Positions 13,013 through 25,610 of a stretch of DNA of 64,000 nt are shown one piece after another. The stretch is from Eledone cirrhosa (taxonomy: Eukaryota), in NCBI GenBank assembly GCA_964016885.1, contig OZ024742.1, forward strand, positions 149,730,001-149,794,000, read 5' to 3'. Each line of letters starts with the position of its first letter. The first letter of the stretch is position 1. The notes under the pieces were generated by a model. It was not told the origin of the DNA. It made no database searches and was given only the letters and a program-made list of their open reading frames with translations. Position numbers and translations under genes: made by a program.

Positions 13013-13925
13013 TGGCAGATTGGCAGAATCATTAGAGCATCAGACAAAATACTGTGTGGTATTTAGTCATAGCTCTTTATGTTTTAAGTTCATTTTATGC
13101 TAATGCTATCTATGCCATTTATCTTTCCACTGTTGACAAAATAAAGCAGATTCAATTAACTTTTCTCTTCAACAAAATTTGCTGGTATTGTGCTTTAATT
13201 GAATATCATTATTATACTTTCCAAGTTCAATTTTGCCTTTTATTATTCTAGGGTCAATGGAATAAATACCATTCAAATATTAGGTCAATATAATTGACTA
13301 TAAAATACCCCCAAGGTTGTAGATTTGTGTTAATATTAGAAAACTAGGGTGGTAAATTGGCAGATTCATTAAAAGTTCATGTTCTGGCTGTTGACATTCT
13401 GTTCAAATCCCACCAATATCAACTTTGCCTTTCGCTTTTATAGGTTTGAGAAAATAAAGTACTAGTTAAGTGTTGGGATTTATTTAATCAACTTCCCCCA
13501 ATTGTTGGCCTTGAACCAAAATTAGAAACCACTATGATTTTATATTCCAAGTTCAAATATTTCTGAGGTCGACTGAACCCGGAAGGATGGAAAACAATGT
13601 ACCAGTAAAGAACTGGAGTCAATATGATTGGTTTTCCAAATGCTTCCAAATTACTGACCTTGTGCCTAAATTAGAAATCATTAATGTTGTTGTTGTTGTA
13701 TAGTATTAAGGTGGCGGGTTGCCAAAATTGTTTGTATGTAAAGACTTAAAACTAAATAAATAAAGGCATTTTGTCTAATACTCTGAGTTAAAATCCCAGA
13801 GACCAACTTTGTCTTTCATCCATTCAAGAGTTGATGAAATAAAGTATTAGTCAAGTACTTTGGTTTATATAATTGAATTGGTCTCTTCCCTGAAAATGCG
13901 TCCTTGTGTTTATGTTAGAAATCAA
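13013..13925 (+). mobile_element. Head-to-tail cluster of about five degenerate family A SINEs in the last TnI intron
   Basis: Recurring ttggcaga / gttcaaat / ctttgcctttc / aaataaagtac / ttagaaa motifs starting at about 13013, 13215, 13348, 13540 and 13710. Confidence 0.7.
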
Positions 13926-14214
13926 TGTTTGACAAAATATTGCTCTTAGTGTATCCCAGTTTTTAGAATATGTTCCTCATATTCCTGCATACTGGATGGC
14001 TTCAAGAAGGGCCAATGACCACAAAACTCTACTTTAAAAGGTTCCATCGATTTCTTGTCAATATGGAAAAGTGGACATAAGGATAATAAGGATGATTATA
14101 TATTCTGATTTATGTTTAGATTTATGTTTTTAGATTTACGTTTAGATTCATTTTTTCTTTGCATTAATTTCATTTTTTCTTTGCATTAATTTCATTTTTT
14201 TTTTTCTTTTGCAG

Positions 14215-14222
14215 AAGAATGA
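14215..14222 (+). CDS. TnI: Probable last troponin I coding exon (EE-stop), followed by the 3' UTR
   Basis: Long polypyrimidine tract and gcag at 14211-14214. Joining to 12984 gives GAA GAA TGA. AATAAA follows at 14397, 14518 and 14532. Confidence 0.65.
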
Positions 14223-14396
14223 GGTGTAGGAGGTCGGCATTTGATGTAAGGGTGAGAAGCAGGCCAGTGAATCAACAACAAAGAGCCAGAAAACACATCT
14301 ACTCCAAACCTAGCCTGCATCAGATCCCCTTTCTCCACTCCTCCACCTCTGTCTCTCCCTGAGTGCTATGTTTTGTAAAAATTGAAAAAAAAAAAT

Positions 14397-14541
14397 AATA
14401 AAATCTAGCTTTGGAACAGGAATCTTTTTATTTTATTTTTTTTAAATTTTTACTTAGTTGTATAAGAAAACATGAAATCTTCCATTCTTGACTGACATAT
14501 GTTGAAACACCAATCAAAATAAATATTAATTAATAAATAAA
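14397..14541 (+). promoter_or_regulatory. Candidate troponin I polyadenylation signals
   Basis: AATAAA at 14397, 14518, 14532 and 14536, with a GT/T-rich tract at about 14583-14620. AATAAA is common by chance in AT-rich DNA. Confidence 0.4.
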
Positions 14542-16346
14542 TTTATCTTCAGAGTATGCGACATCTCATCTGGAAATAGATGATTTTTTGTCTTTTTTGT
14601 TTATTTTGTGTTTCTTTATATTCTTCATTTAAGGTCTTCTTTTTGACCATATGATTGTTAGTTTAAATAATTTTAACATTTTAGTTCAAATTGTAAACTG
14701 AAAAGTCACTTTCTAATACCAGCTAATCTATTTTCCTGTTTCAGCTAGATATTTCTTTTCCTAACTCTTTACAAATCCCTGAAGGACTTGCTATTGTATT
14801 GAAGGACATGAAATAACTTGCTCGTATTAAAAGGTCATTAGTATAACCAGTTTAACTTACTTGATAATTTTCTTGCATAAGTCATTCAATACATCACACC
14901 TTAACTTATTTTATCTCAGTTCATGCCATTGGTGCATTTAAGTTACTTACTGTAGCTCATTTTATTATTTGTAAATTATGCAAATTATACTGACCAAAAG
15001 TCTTTGTTACTCTTTTTCTGTGTATAAACACTATTGTCAGTTGATCAAAGCAGACTTAAACTGTACTATGTTGATTAGGTCCAATAAGACCAAAACATGT
15101 CCATAGCTATCATTTTGTCTGCAAACAGAATCAGATTTTCCTCTGACCTTGTAAAACAATTTTATGAGATTAATAATTAATTTCTTGAAATTATTTCCCC
15201 TTTTCCTTCAGAGTTGCTAACAATCACCTCTAGGTTTTTGTTTTCTTTCTCCGGCTAAAAGACAAATTTCAACTTATTAAGAATTATTCTGTCTATGTCA
15301 TTCAGTGCATCATTTGTTAATGTATTTGCCAGTATATTTACAAACTCATTTTATGGTCAGTAGTTAGCACATTATATATCACACTGGTCATTAATCTGTA
15401 TATATTTTTTAGTCAATAATATTTATACTGGCTAACAATATATTTCTAAAGGCCGAGATGGCACACGCGTACACATACACACACACACGCACACACACAC
15501 ACACACATATATATAATGGCCTATAGTATATCTAAACTTGATATATCTAATGGCTAACAGTATAGTACTGGTCAGTACTATGTATATTTCATGCCCAGTA
15601 GTATATTCAATAATGTTAATATATGTGATAGTCATATGTGTATCTGCATATTAGATATATTTAATGCACAATAGTATATCTACAGTGTGGACACATGTAA
15701 TGGTTAATGGTATATCTTAACAATCACTAATATGTGTAATCTAATGGTCAGGTGTATGTATATATAATTGCAAGCTGTATAATTGAAGAATAAAAAGGAT
15801 ATCTAACAATCCTAATATTAGAACAAATTAAGTGGTGACATACATCTAAATAGTTTTAGTGTTTAATCAAACATCTAAAACTATTTATAGTACCTCAACT
15901 GTTTTAATGTTCAGTGTTGTACTAGATACATCCACCAGTTTTAACAACTGAAAAGGAACAGCTGAAGCTACTGTACCACATATACTGATGCCAAATATGT
16001 AACATCTTTGGTTTTAGGCTGCACTATAACTACTACTGATGAGGCTAAGAGCAGATATCATCAAGACCATCTTCTTAAAGCAAACTTCTGTCTTTCCTGC
16101 CGTCTTCAATTGCAAGTTTTCAAATCTTTTTCGCAAGGCTTTAAGCACTTCCAATCTTTCTTTCTTTTTTTTTTTAAATTAATTTATTATACATATATAT
16201 ATATTTATATATTTATATATGTGTGTGAGAGAGTTCTATCTTTCATTGGCATTTTTTTTCCTAACGGAAACTTACTCTTATCTGCTGATCCTATATTTTC
16301 CATCTCTTTTTCCTGTCATTGTTGAACAACTATAAACAACTGATCA

Positions 16347-16383
<37 letters not shown>

Positions 16384-17821
16384 GCTTGATGATTGTTTCT
16401 GTGAGATAGTTAAACTACACTAGTGTTGTTTTTTTTCGTTTATTTCTTCACTCCACTATTTTGAATGTTGATTCTTCATCTAGGCTGGTTTGCCCATGGC
16501 TTAGCTAATTCATTCAGCTGTCAGAATATATTCAACAGCAATAATAACAATAACATCAACAACAACAACAACTATAGCAATATAATTGTTGTTATTATTA
16601 TGATTATCTGAAATAAAAAAAGAATATTCTGTTTCTCTCTTTCATTCTTTGCTTTGCATTTCATTATTGCATGCTGCTTTGAATTCTGTGTTTTCCCCCC
16701 TAACCAGTTAATTAATGTTTTTCTTTGTTTCACATTATTAAAGAGACCTGTGAGAAATATTGAACAAACAAATTATTCCCATAAACTGCACTAAATAACC
16801 AATGTTGTTCACAGGATACTTAAAAACAAAAGTGTGCTGAACAATGTTCAGCAATACAGAACAATACTTTATACAATGTTTAGAAACAAATTAGTTTTGA
16901 CTAGTTCTAAAAATGTAAGAGATGAAATTTTGAAAACATGTGTAAATAGATTTGAATTGTATATTACTTCAAATTATATTATGGAAAATAACATACTTGA
17001 TACTTGCTGTCAGAATGGTTGGGAATGCTAAACAGCACTGTTTCAAGATTTGTAAATCATTCATCAGTGTTACTCACTCAGCCAGTATTGACATGGAAAT
17101 AGATTAGTCTATATAGAATTTTGCATGATGAACGTTTGCTAGAGATGTTCATTTGCATATAGCGTGAATTTGGCTGATTATAATTAATTGGTTTATAGCA
17201 CTAAGACACTGTTTATGTCTAATATGGGTATATATGAAAACATATATAAACATACTATATGTTTATATATATGTGTATTCTTTTACTCCGGCAATGCAGA
17301 GCACAACTTTGATTTAATTGATTCTGTTGACCACCGTATATATTTTTCAAATCTGTTATTTTATCTATCTCTAATTGTGGGACACACAGACAGAATACAA
17401 TGAGTCAGAACAAATGCTACAAACCATCTTGTATTCCTTTAATTCATTGCCCTGGACTAGTGCTTTATTTTGTTTTGTCTCAAAAAGATGTTAGGCAAAG
17501 TTAACCTTGGCAATATTTGAAATGATTGTCATTCTGCAGCTTATGATACCAATTTCCACTTACAAGGCATTTGTCAAACCAAGGCTATAGTAGAAGACAC
17601 TTGCCCAAACTTCTATGCAACAGGACTGAACCCAGAACCAACTAGTTAAGTGCACTCCTTAACTACTCAGCCATATATATACTATCCAGGTAAAACTTGA
17701 ACTGTTAAGATCTCGTTCCTGGATATGTCAATATTTATTAAAAAAACTTTGTATACCCTTGAAATATATATAATAGAATAAATATGGTTTTATAAATATT
17801 GTTTCCATTTATTAATATCAT

Positions 17822-17865
<44 letters not shown>

Positions 17866-17992
17866 ATTAGTAAGAATATATATATAGGTGAAGTCACATG
17901 ACTTTGTGGATATGCTGCTTAGCTTCTAACTGCAAGCTCATGAGTTTGACTCACAGTGGCACATTGTGCCCTTGAATAAAACACTTTATATA

Positions 17993-18330
17993 TACTATTG
18001 TGCAGAATATTCATAACTCTCTTACGAGATATGTTAATAGCATTGGCTATTTGATTTATACTCAATTGTCTGTCAACCGTCACCATGTGGTGAATACATT
18101 CAATGTTTTCCGGTGATGGCAGTTGTAAGATGGCCATACTCTGGGTCATCTTCAAAACTCTCCCTTCCCCTTCTAAATTTAGGTGCTCACATTTGTACTG
18201 TTGATAAAGCTGGTGCATCATCCCCTAATGTAGTAACCATGTCAGTTTGAATGTCCTTGGGGGGGCTAAACTATTTTCCTGCAGGTACTTTATAACACCA
18301 TGGTGCTAAATAGTGTCTATTTTCAAGAGA
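17993..18330 (-). mobile_element. mariner transposase N-terminal relic
   Basis: Frameshifted translation VIKYLQ...DIQTDMVTTLGDDAPALSTV...KFRRGRESFEDDP and ENIECIHHMVTVDRQLSINQIANAINIS, matching the mariner double helix-turn-helix pattern. Confidence 0.75.
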
Positions 18331-18822
18331 ACTTACTACAAGTTACATTTGTAGTTTTCTTTGAACAGTCAGATGTCAGCTCACCTTCATATACCTTTTT
18401 AAAGAATTTGTAAATGTTTTGTTTTAATATCTTCACCAAAATAATCTTATGGAATCTTTATTTCAAGCCTTTATATGCAATGTAAAGTAAATAATTGTTT
18501 TAAGATTGCAATTATAGCCATAAAGTTAAAATAATAATTAGTTCAGCAGTATCTGACCAGATGTATCCTGGCAATACATGGCATATCTTGAAACCCTTAG
18601 AAGATGATAATGATGATCATGATCATCATGATAATGATGACGATAAACTTTTCTAACATTTGTCTTGGGCTAGACATTTTTGGAAAAGGATTTGCTGACT
18701 ATATTGATCCCAGTATTAACCCCAGAAGGATGAAAGGCAAAGGTGACCTCAGCAGGATTTGAACTCAAAATGTAAAAATACAGAACAAGTACTAAGCCAT
18801 TTTATTCAACAGTCCCAGTATT

Positions 18823-20185
18823 GTAGGCCTTCTTCTTTGCTCGGATGGCATCTTTAACCTTTTGATTGAACCAAGGGGTCCTCCCACTATCCAGGCCCCA
18901 CACCAAGCCTGTTTTGCCCTCAGCATTTAACAGTTCAAACACAAACTGCTGGCTGAACCATCTCCACTCCATTTCAATGTCCTCAGTTTGCTCAGGGAGT
19001 TCTCTGAATTTGGATGCAATATCTGCATAATTGGTCCTGCCTTTCTTATCCACCAACACTTACCACTTTATCCTTTAGGTAGGACCCACCAGTTTTGTGG
19101 GTTTCTTTGGCTTGGAAATAAGTCCTCCTTCTTGCACTTGCGGTACAATCAGGCATGAAGAATCCCAGCAGAGTGAGTAAAGGCATCCAAAGTTAAGATA
19201 TGCGAGGACATTGAGGTTAAGCTGGAATTGGACTTCAGATAAATAAAGCAAATAAAGTGTTCTGGCAGACCATCTGCCGACTTCATAATAAGAAGACCTC
19301 CTCAACACCTGCTATTAGGAATGCATCTGGGGTTCTCCTCTCTTCAAAGAGGTGCATCCTCGCAAGATGGAAAGAATACTTTGCTGATCTTCTAAACCCA
19401 AACACAACAGCATCTTTTGATGTACAGGAGGTGCATCTGGGAGTAATGACTAAACTCTCGGAGGTTGAAGTCACAAGAGCAATTAAAGAGCTCAAACGTA
19501 ACCAGGTTACTGGGGAGGATGAAATTTGGCCTGAGATGTTAAATGCCTTACATAGTGAAGGTATTCTCTGGCTGACTCATGTGAACTGGGTGGCGTGGAT
19601 CTTTGGAAAGGAACCTAAGCAATAGCACTCAGGAGTGATAATTCCAATTTTTAAAAAGGGAGACAAGAGAGATTGTTCCAATTACAAAGGGATCTCCTTG
19701 TTAAGCCACCCCAGTAAAGTTTATGGGAGTACTGCCAAGAGGTGTATTCTTCCTTTGTAGATCTCAAAAAGGCATATGACCACACTCCACAGGACCGAAA
19801 GAATATGATTGCAAACACAAGTGGCCAAAATGGGGTTCCTCCAAATGGAGTAACGTTACTTGATAGAGTGTGTAGTTCAGAGATAAGAGTCACTCCAGGT
19901 AGCGCTACTACTTCTCCAAATTGAGAGATCACAGGCCCAATACTATGGACATGTGGTTAGAATGTCCCAGGAAAGAATCACTGGACAGATTTTACAGCAA
20001 AACCAACCGCCAGGAGACCCAGGGGTAGACCCCGAGCAAGATGGTTTAACATCCATGATGCTTGACTCATCTTGCTTGGGGATCCAGCTGGATCAGTTGG
20101 AAATAGTTGTTACTGACAGGACCCACTGGAAGGAGTGTTTCAGGACTCTGCCCCCACAGCCCTCTCAGGAATCAGTAGGAGGAGG
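18823..20185 (+). mobile_element. Rex3/Expander-like RTE LINE relic with inverted 5' segment (18823-19105 on -) and an internal RT deletion
   Basis: Peptides DIEMEW..RTPWFNQKVKDAIRAKK (-) and FWQTI..RWKEYFADLLNP..GEDEIWPEMLNAL, FVDLKKAYD, IERSQ..GHVVRMSQER (+). Ends in a (GGA)n tail. 12-bp TSD with one mismatch. Confidence 0.85.
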
Positions 20186-20329
20186 AGTCCCAATATTAAC
20201 AATTTTGCCAAGCCATAGTAATAAATTTTTCATCTTGTCACAATTTAAAGGAAGATGTTTAGCTGATTAACTCAGTCTTAATATATCATAATAGTCTGGA
20301 AGGATTTGGTAGAAACAGTAGACAGCTTC

Positions 20330-21248
20330 TGTTACTTAGGTGACCGAATTAGCAGCAGAGGTGGATGTTCTGAAAGTACAGTAGCCTGAGTAAGAACGGG
20401 ATGGAAGAAGTTCAGGGAGCTACTATCACTGCTGGCTACAAAAGGCTTTTCCCTCAGAATGAAAAGCAGACTATATGATGCATGCATACAAACAGAAATG
20501 TTGCATGGTAATGAGACCTGGGTGTTGTGTGCAGAAGACTTGCATAGATTGGAAAGAAATGAAGCTTGCATGCTTCGATGGATGTGTAATAGTAATGTAT
20601 GTGAACAGCAAAGCATAAACGAATTGAAAGAGAAACTAGGCATAAGAGGAATAAAATGCTGTGTGCAAGTGAGGAAATTCTGTTGGTGTGGGCATGTGAT
20701 GCATATGAAGGATGACAGCTGCATAAAAAGGTGCAGAGCACTCAAAGTCGATGGAAGCCTTGGAGTGGAGAGACCCAGGAAGACTTGGCATGAAGTGATA
20801 AAAGCTGACTTTGTCCAATTGCACCTCTGAAAAGCGATGACACTGGATTGAGATCTCTGACATTATGCAGTAATACAGAAGACCCGACTTCCCATGGGCA
20901 CGGGCCAAAGCTGAAGTTTATATACAGTATGCACCAGCCCATTCCACCCTCTCATACATCTCTCATGAGGACAGGCCAAAACACTGTAAAGTGGTCATGA
21001 TGATGATATGGTAAAAAGCACCCAGCTGACACTGTAAAGTGATCGAGTAGGTGTCACAACAAAAAACACCAAGTACTCATTGTAAATGAGGTTGACATGA
21101 GGAAGGGCATCCAGCTGTAGAGCCCGAGCCAAAATCATTTCTGTATGAGCAAGGCATGGTCACCTGACTTAACATTGCCCATAACAGGACAACCCATCTA
21201 ACCCATGCCAGCGTGGATACATGGGTGTAAAACGATGATGATGATGAT
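20330..21248 (+). mobile_element. RTE LINE 3' fragment (same family as 22246-25610)
   Basis: MKSRLYDACIQTEMLHGNETW..ERNEACMLRWMC ORF, a repeat-containing 3' UTR and a (GAT)n tail. Confidence 0.9.
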
Positions 21249-21663
21249 AATTAGTACAGATTAAGATCTTTTGCAGGGTTTGAACTTGGAATAATAAAAT
21301 ACTGAACTATACATAGAAAAAAACCCAGAATTCAATAAAACTGGTTGAGGTTCACATCAGTCAAAATTATACAGTTAGATTTGTGAGATTACTCTTTTAC
21401 TCTTTTACCTGTTTCAGCCATCCGGCTGAGGCCATGCTGGGGCACCGCCCTTGGGGGAATATAATTGAATAGATTGAATATAATTTTATCATATTTCTCA
21501 AATGAAAGGACATCTCCAAAATGGCATCCAGCTGTAGAAAACCCGCCAGACAGTCCTATGCGAGCAAGACAACCACTCTTGCCTCAAGTGGGAAAACTCC
21601 CGTCCAAACCCATGCAAGCGTGGAACATGGACGTTAAACGATGATGATGATGATGATGATGAA

Positions 21664-22120
21664 TGTAACGAACGCCTCATGATTGGTTTTGTAGTGAATA
21701 CATGCGCAAAGGCTTGGTGACATCACTTCTGCCCAAGTGTGATGGGCACGAAAACTTAAACCGAATAGTTCAGTTGCTGCTAGATTTCCAACCTGCCAAG
21801 CCATGTCCAGTGCTCCTTCTATCGTCATCAGCAACTCAGGAAACCACTAGCTGACACATTTCATATGCCACAACATGGCATTATTCTTATTCGAAGCAAG
21901 GACTTTTTACTTCTTCAATGTGAGTAACTAAAAGCGAATATTTGCAACACTCATGGACTTGAATATTATTTCCCACTGACTTGCTCACATACACTTTTGT
22001 CATATATTCTGCATTAGTCATGCTTGTCACATGACTTAATAAATTCCTATGTTTGTTTTCTATCAAAACGCCCTATGATTTCTTATACACCTTTTTATTT
22101 CACTGCTGACTGCCTTGCTA
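21664..22120 (+). mobile_element. Putative solo LTR
   Basis: 457 bp bounded by TGTAAC...GCTACA (TG..CA imperfect inverted termini) with an internal AATAAA at 22038. No TSD is visible. Confidence 0.4.
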
Positions 22121-22245
22121 CAGTTTCATAAGTATAAGCCAGACCAGAGATAGTGGTGGAGACAAGTAGGTCACTAGTTGGTATAGGCACATGAATTTTA
22201 GGAGGTTTATACCCCTCAAGATCTAGGGAATTTTTATGTACACAC

Positions 22246-25200
22246 CATCATCATCATCATCACCGTTTTACATCCGTTCTTCCATGCTAGCATGGGTTAG
22301 ATGGGTTGTCCTGTTGTGGGCAGTGTCCGGTCGGCTGACCATGCCTTGCTCATATGGGAACTGATTCTGGCTTGATTTCTACAGCTTGATGCCCTTCCTA
22401 ACACCAACCTCATTTACAGTGAGTGCTGGGTGCTTTTTTTCTGTGGCGCCTACATGTTTACTTTACAGTGTGGGCTGGGTGCTTTTTTGCCGTGGCACCT
22501 CCACGACCACTTTGCAGTGGGAAGGGGTGGGGGCATATTGTCTATATGCTTCAGCTTCGGCTTGTACCCGTGGGGGGTCGGGTCTTCTGTATTACTGCAT
22601 GACACCAGAGGTCACAGTCGTGTGCCATCACCTTTGAGAGGTGTAATTGGGTAAGGTCGGCTTTTATCACCTCATCCCAGGTCTTCTTGGGTCTCCCCAC
22701 TCCACGGTTTCCATTGACTTCTAGTGCCCTGCATCTTTTTATACAACTGTCATCCTTCATACGCATCACATGTCCATTCCAACGCAACCTCCTTTCCTGC
22801 ACACAGCATTTGATTCCTACTTATGGTCAGTCTCTCTCTCAATTCATTTATGCTTTGCCATTCGCGTATATTACTATTACACATCCATCGGAGCATGCAG
22901 GCTTCGTTTCTTTCTAATCTACGTAAGTCTTCCACCTTCAGCGCCCAGGTCTCACTACCATGTAACATTGCTGTTCGTATACACGCATCATACAGTCTGC
23001 CTTTCATTTTGAGGGAAAAGCCTTTTGCAGCTAGCAGTGGCAATAGCTCCCTGAACTCCTTCCATCCTGTTCTTACCCTAATTATTGTACTTTCCGAACA
23101 CTCACCTTCGCTGCTAATTCGGTCACCTAGGTAGCAGAAGCTGTCTACTGTTTCTACAGAGCCCTCCCAGAGTTTGGTGGTACTTGTTTCCTGTGGCTGT
23201 TTGCTGCTTGCTGTCCCAGCACAGCTGCTAATTGTGAAGCCTACATTCTTAGTTAAGCTTCCTGAGATCCCGCTACATCTCTTGTGTACCCATTGTTTGC
23301 ATTTGGGACAAAGAATGGAGTTCCTACCTACACCTTTCCTACATACTGAGCAAGGCCATTTCCCTGAGGGTATCTGGGTTCTGTTTTCTCGTCTACTTAC
23401 AAGGACCTTAGTTTTTGTCAGGTTGACACTGAGACCCTTTCTCTCTAGTCCCTGCTTCCAAGTTTGGAATTTCTTCTGTAGTTCTACCATAGATTCAGCT
23501 ATAAGTGCGAGGTCATCTGCATACAGGAGTTCTCATGGGCATCCGGTCTTAAACTCCTCCGTTATTGCCTGCAGAACTATGATGAACAGGAGAGGGCTAA
23601 GAACAGAGCCCTGGTGGACACCAACCTGTGCGCTAAATTCCTTGCTATAGTCATTGCTAATCCTAACTTTGCTGACTGCTCCCCTATACATGGCTTGTAC
23701 AGCTTTCACAAGCCATTCATCTACTCCTAGGTTTCTTAGAACCCACCAGATTATAGCATGGGGAACTCTGTCAAAGGCTTTCTCGAGATCGACGAATGCC
23801 AGGTAGAGCAGCTTACTTTTAGCTAGGTACTTTTCCTGTAACTGCCTCAAAAGGAAGAGGGCATCAGTGGTGCCTCTTCCTGGCACAAACCCAAATTGCA
23901 TCTCATCTAGTTTCACCCGGTCCCTAATCAACTGTGCTATAACTCTTTCTGTTACTTTCATGACCTGGTCCATCAGCTTTATACCTCTATAGTTTCCTCT
24001 ATCTAGTGCATCACCTTTACATTTGTAGCAGTTGACAATGATGCTACTGCACCAATCCTTTGGTATGACACCTAGTATTACCTGGTTAACAATACGTGTA
24101 GTTATGGTGTGACCTCCCGACCCAGATGCCTTCAGCATCTCGGCAACTATACCCGATGGACCGGTTACCTTCCCCGTCTTCACATCTTTGATTGCTTTAC
24201 TTACTATGCTGCTGCTGACTTGTACTGCTGGCCCCTCTATAGGGTCTACTTGGGGTAGGGTCTCTTCTTCCCATGAATTCTCCTCTATTTAGTAATCTAT
24301 CATAATGACTCTTCCATGCATCTTTCTTCTCAGCACTTGTGAGGGCAAGCTCATCTTTATCATTCCGGATACACTTCTCTCCAATGACATCACAATTCTC
24401 TCTGACACACTGCCTTGCAATCTTGAACACCTCCTGTTTCTGGTCCTCACGTTGCAAAACATGCTTGAATTTTCTATCCTCTGCTTCCCTCCTAGCTAAG
24501 TACACTTGTCGCCTAGCTTCCCTCCTGGCCTCTATGTAATGTATCCTGCTTCCCCCCGTTCTTCCATTCTTTCCATGCCTGTCTCTTGGCCTTGACTGCT
24601 TCATCTACCTTATTGTTCCACCGCCAAGTCACTCTCCTCCTGCCTGTGGTCTTACTCCAGCCACAGATCTCATCCGTCGCCTCTAGTAAGTTATTTCTTA
24701 GGAACTCCCAGTGCTCTTCTACATTGAATGTCTCTATCTGTTCTTCTTTACTGTCATAGGCGTTGAGTAAAATATCTTTAAATCTGTTACTGGCTGAGGG
24801 GTCTTTCAGCTTCCAGATCTTTCTTCTCCAGGTTGGCTTCTGTTTCCAGGTTCGTCTAGTTCTGACCGTGAGGTCGCTGATAACTAAGCTATGTTGGGAG
24901 GTACATTCCTCACTAGGGAAGGCTTTTGTGTTTACGACCGTCCATCTGTCACATCCTCTGATGAGGATAAAATCTATCCAACTAGAATGGTCCCCTGATC
25001 TATAGGTGATCAGGTGGTTGTCGGGTTTTTTGAAGTTTGTGTTACATATCGACATGTCATTGGCGTCGCAGAATTCTAGAAGCCTGAAGCCTTCTTCATT
25101 TCTTGTGCCAACCCCATGGCCTCCATGGACTCTATTGAAGCCGTTATAGTGTTTACCTATGTGTCCGTTAAAATCTCCTGCAATGATTAGGAAGTCATTG

Positions 25201-25610
25201 TCATTTGTTAGAGCAGTAGTGTGCATTAGGGACTCGTAAAACCTATCCTTAAGTTCGTCTGGCAACCCCGATTGGGGTGTGTAAGCTGATATTATTGTGG
25301 TAATTGTTTTATTCAGGACTAATCTGAGTTTAATGATTCTTGCATTCACCCTGTTCACTGAGATTACCTTATCTACCAACTTGTCAGCTAGTAGAATACC
25401 TACACCACCCATCCCATCGTCATTTCCCACCCAGAAAAATTTGTAGCACTGACTTTTTTCTACAAGGACTCTAGCAGACTCTCCTCGCCATCTAGCCTCT
25501 TGCACACAGCATACATCAATTTCCTTTCGCTCTAGCATCTCTACGATTTCTCCTGCTCTTCCTTTCATTGTGCTTACATTGATGGTTCCAACTCGGAGTT
25601 TTGGGCATTT
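22246..25610 (-). mobile_element. Near full-length RTE-clade LINE (APE endonuclease + RT), broken by frameshifts and a stop
   Basis: Consecutive ORFs 25649-24513 (GTINV, QEARW, GDFNGH, IDFIL), 24604-24197, 24183-23533 (NYRGIKL, QFGF, FVDLEKAFD, HQGSVLSPLLF), YADD at about 23513-23524, and 23490-22750. (GAT)n tail at 22246. Confidence 0.96.

Noticed and set aside
16037-16062. CTGATGAGGCTAAGAGCAGATA resembling a hammerhead core
   Set aside because: GAAA is replaced by GATA and there is no stem I or stem III pairing.
22687-25005. Plus-strand ORFs overlapping the RTE elements (also 56085-57969)
   Set aside because: Antisense shadows of the LINE coding frame, with no independent motifs.
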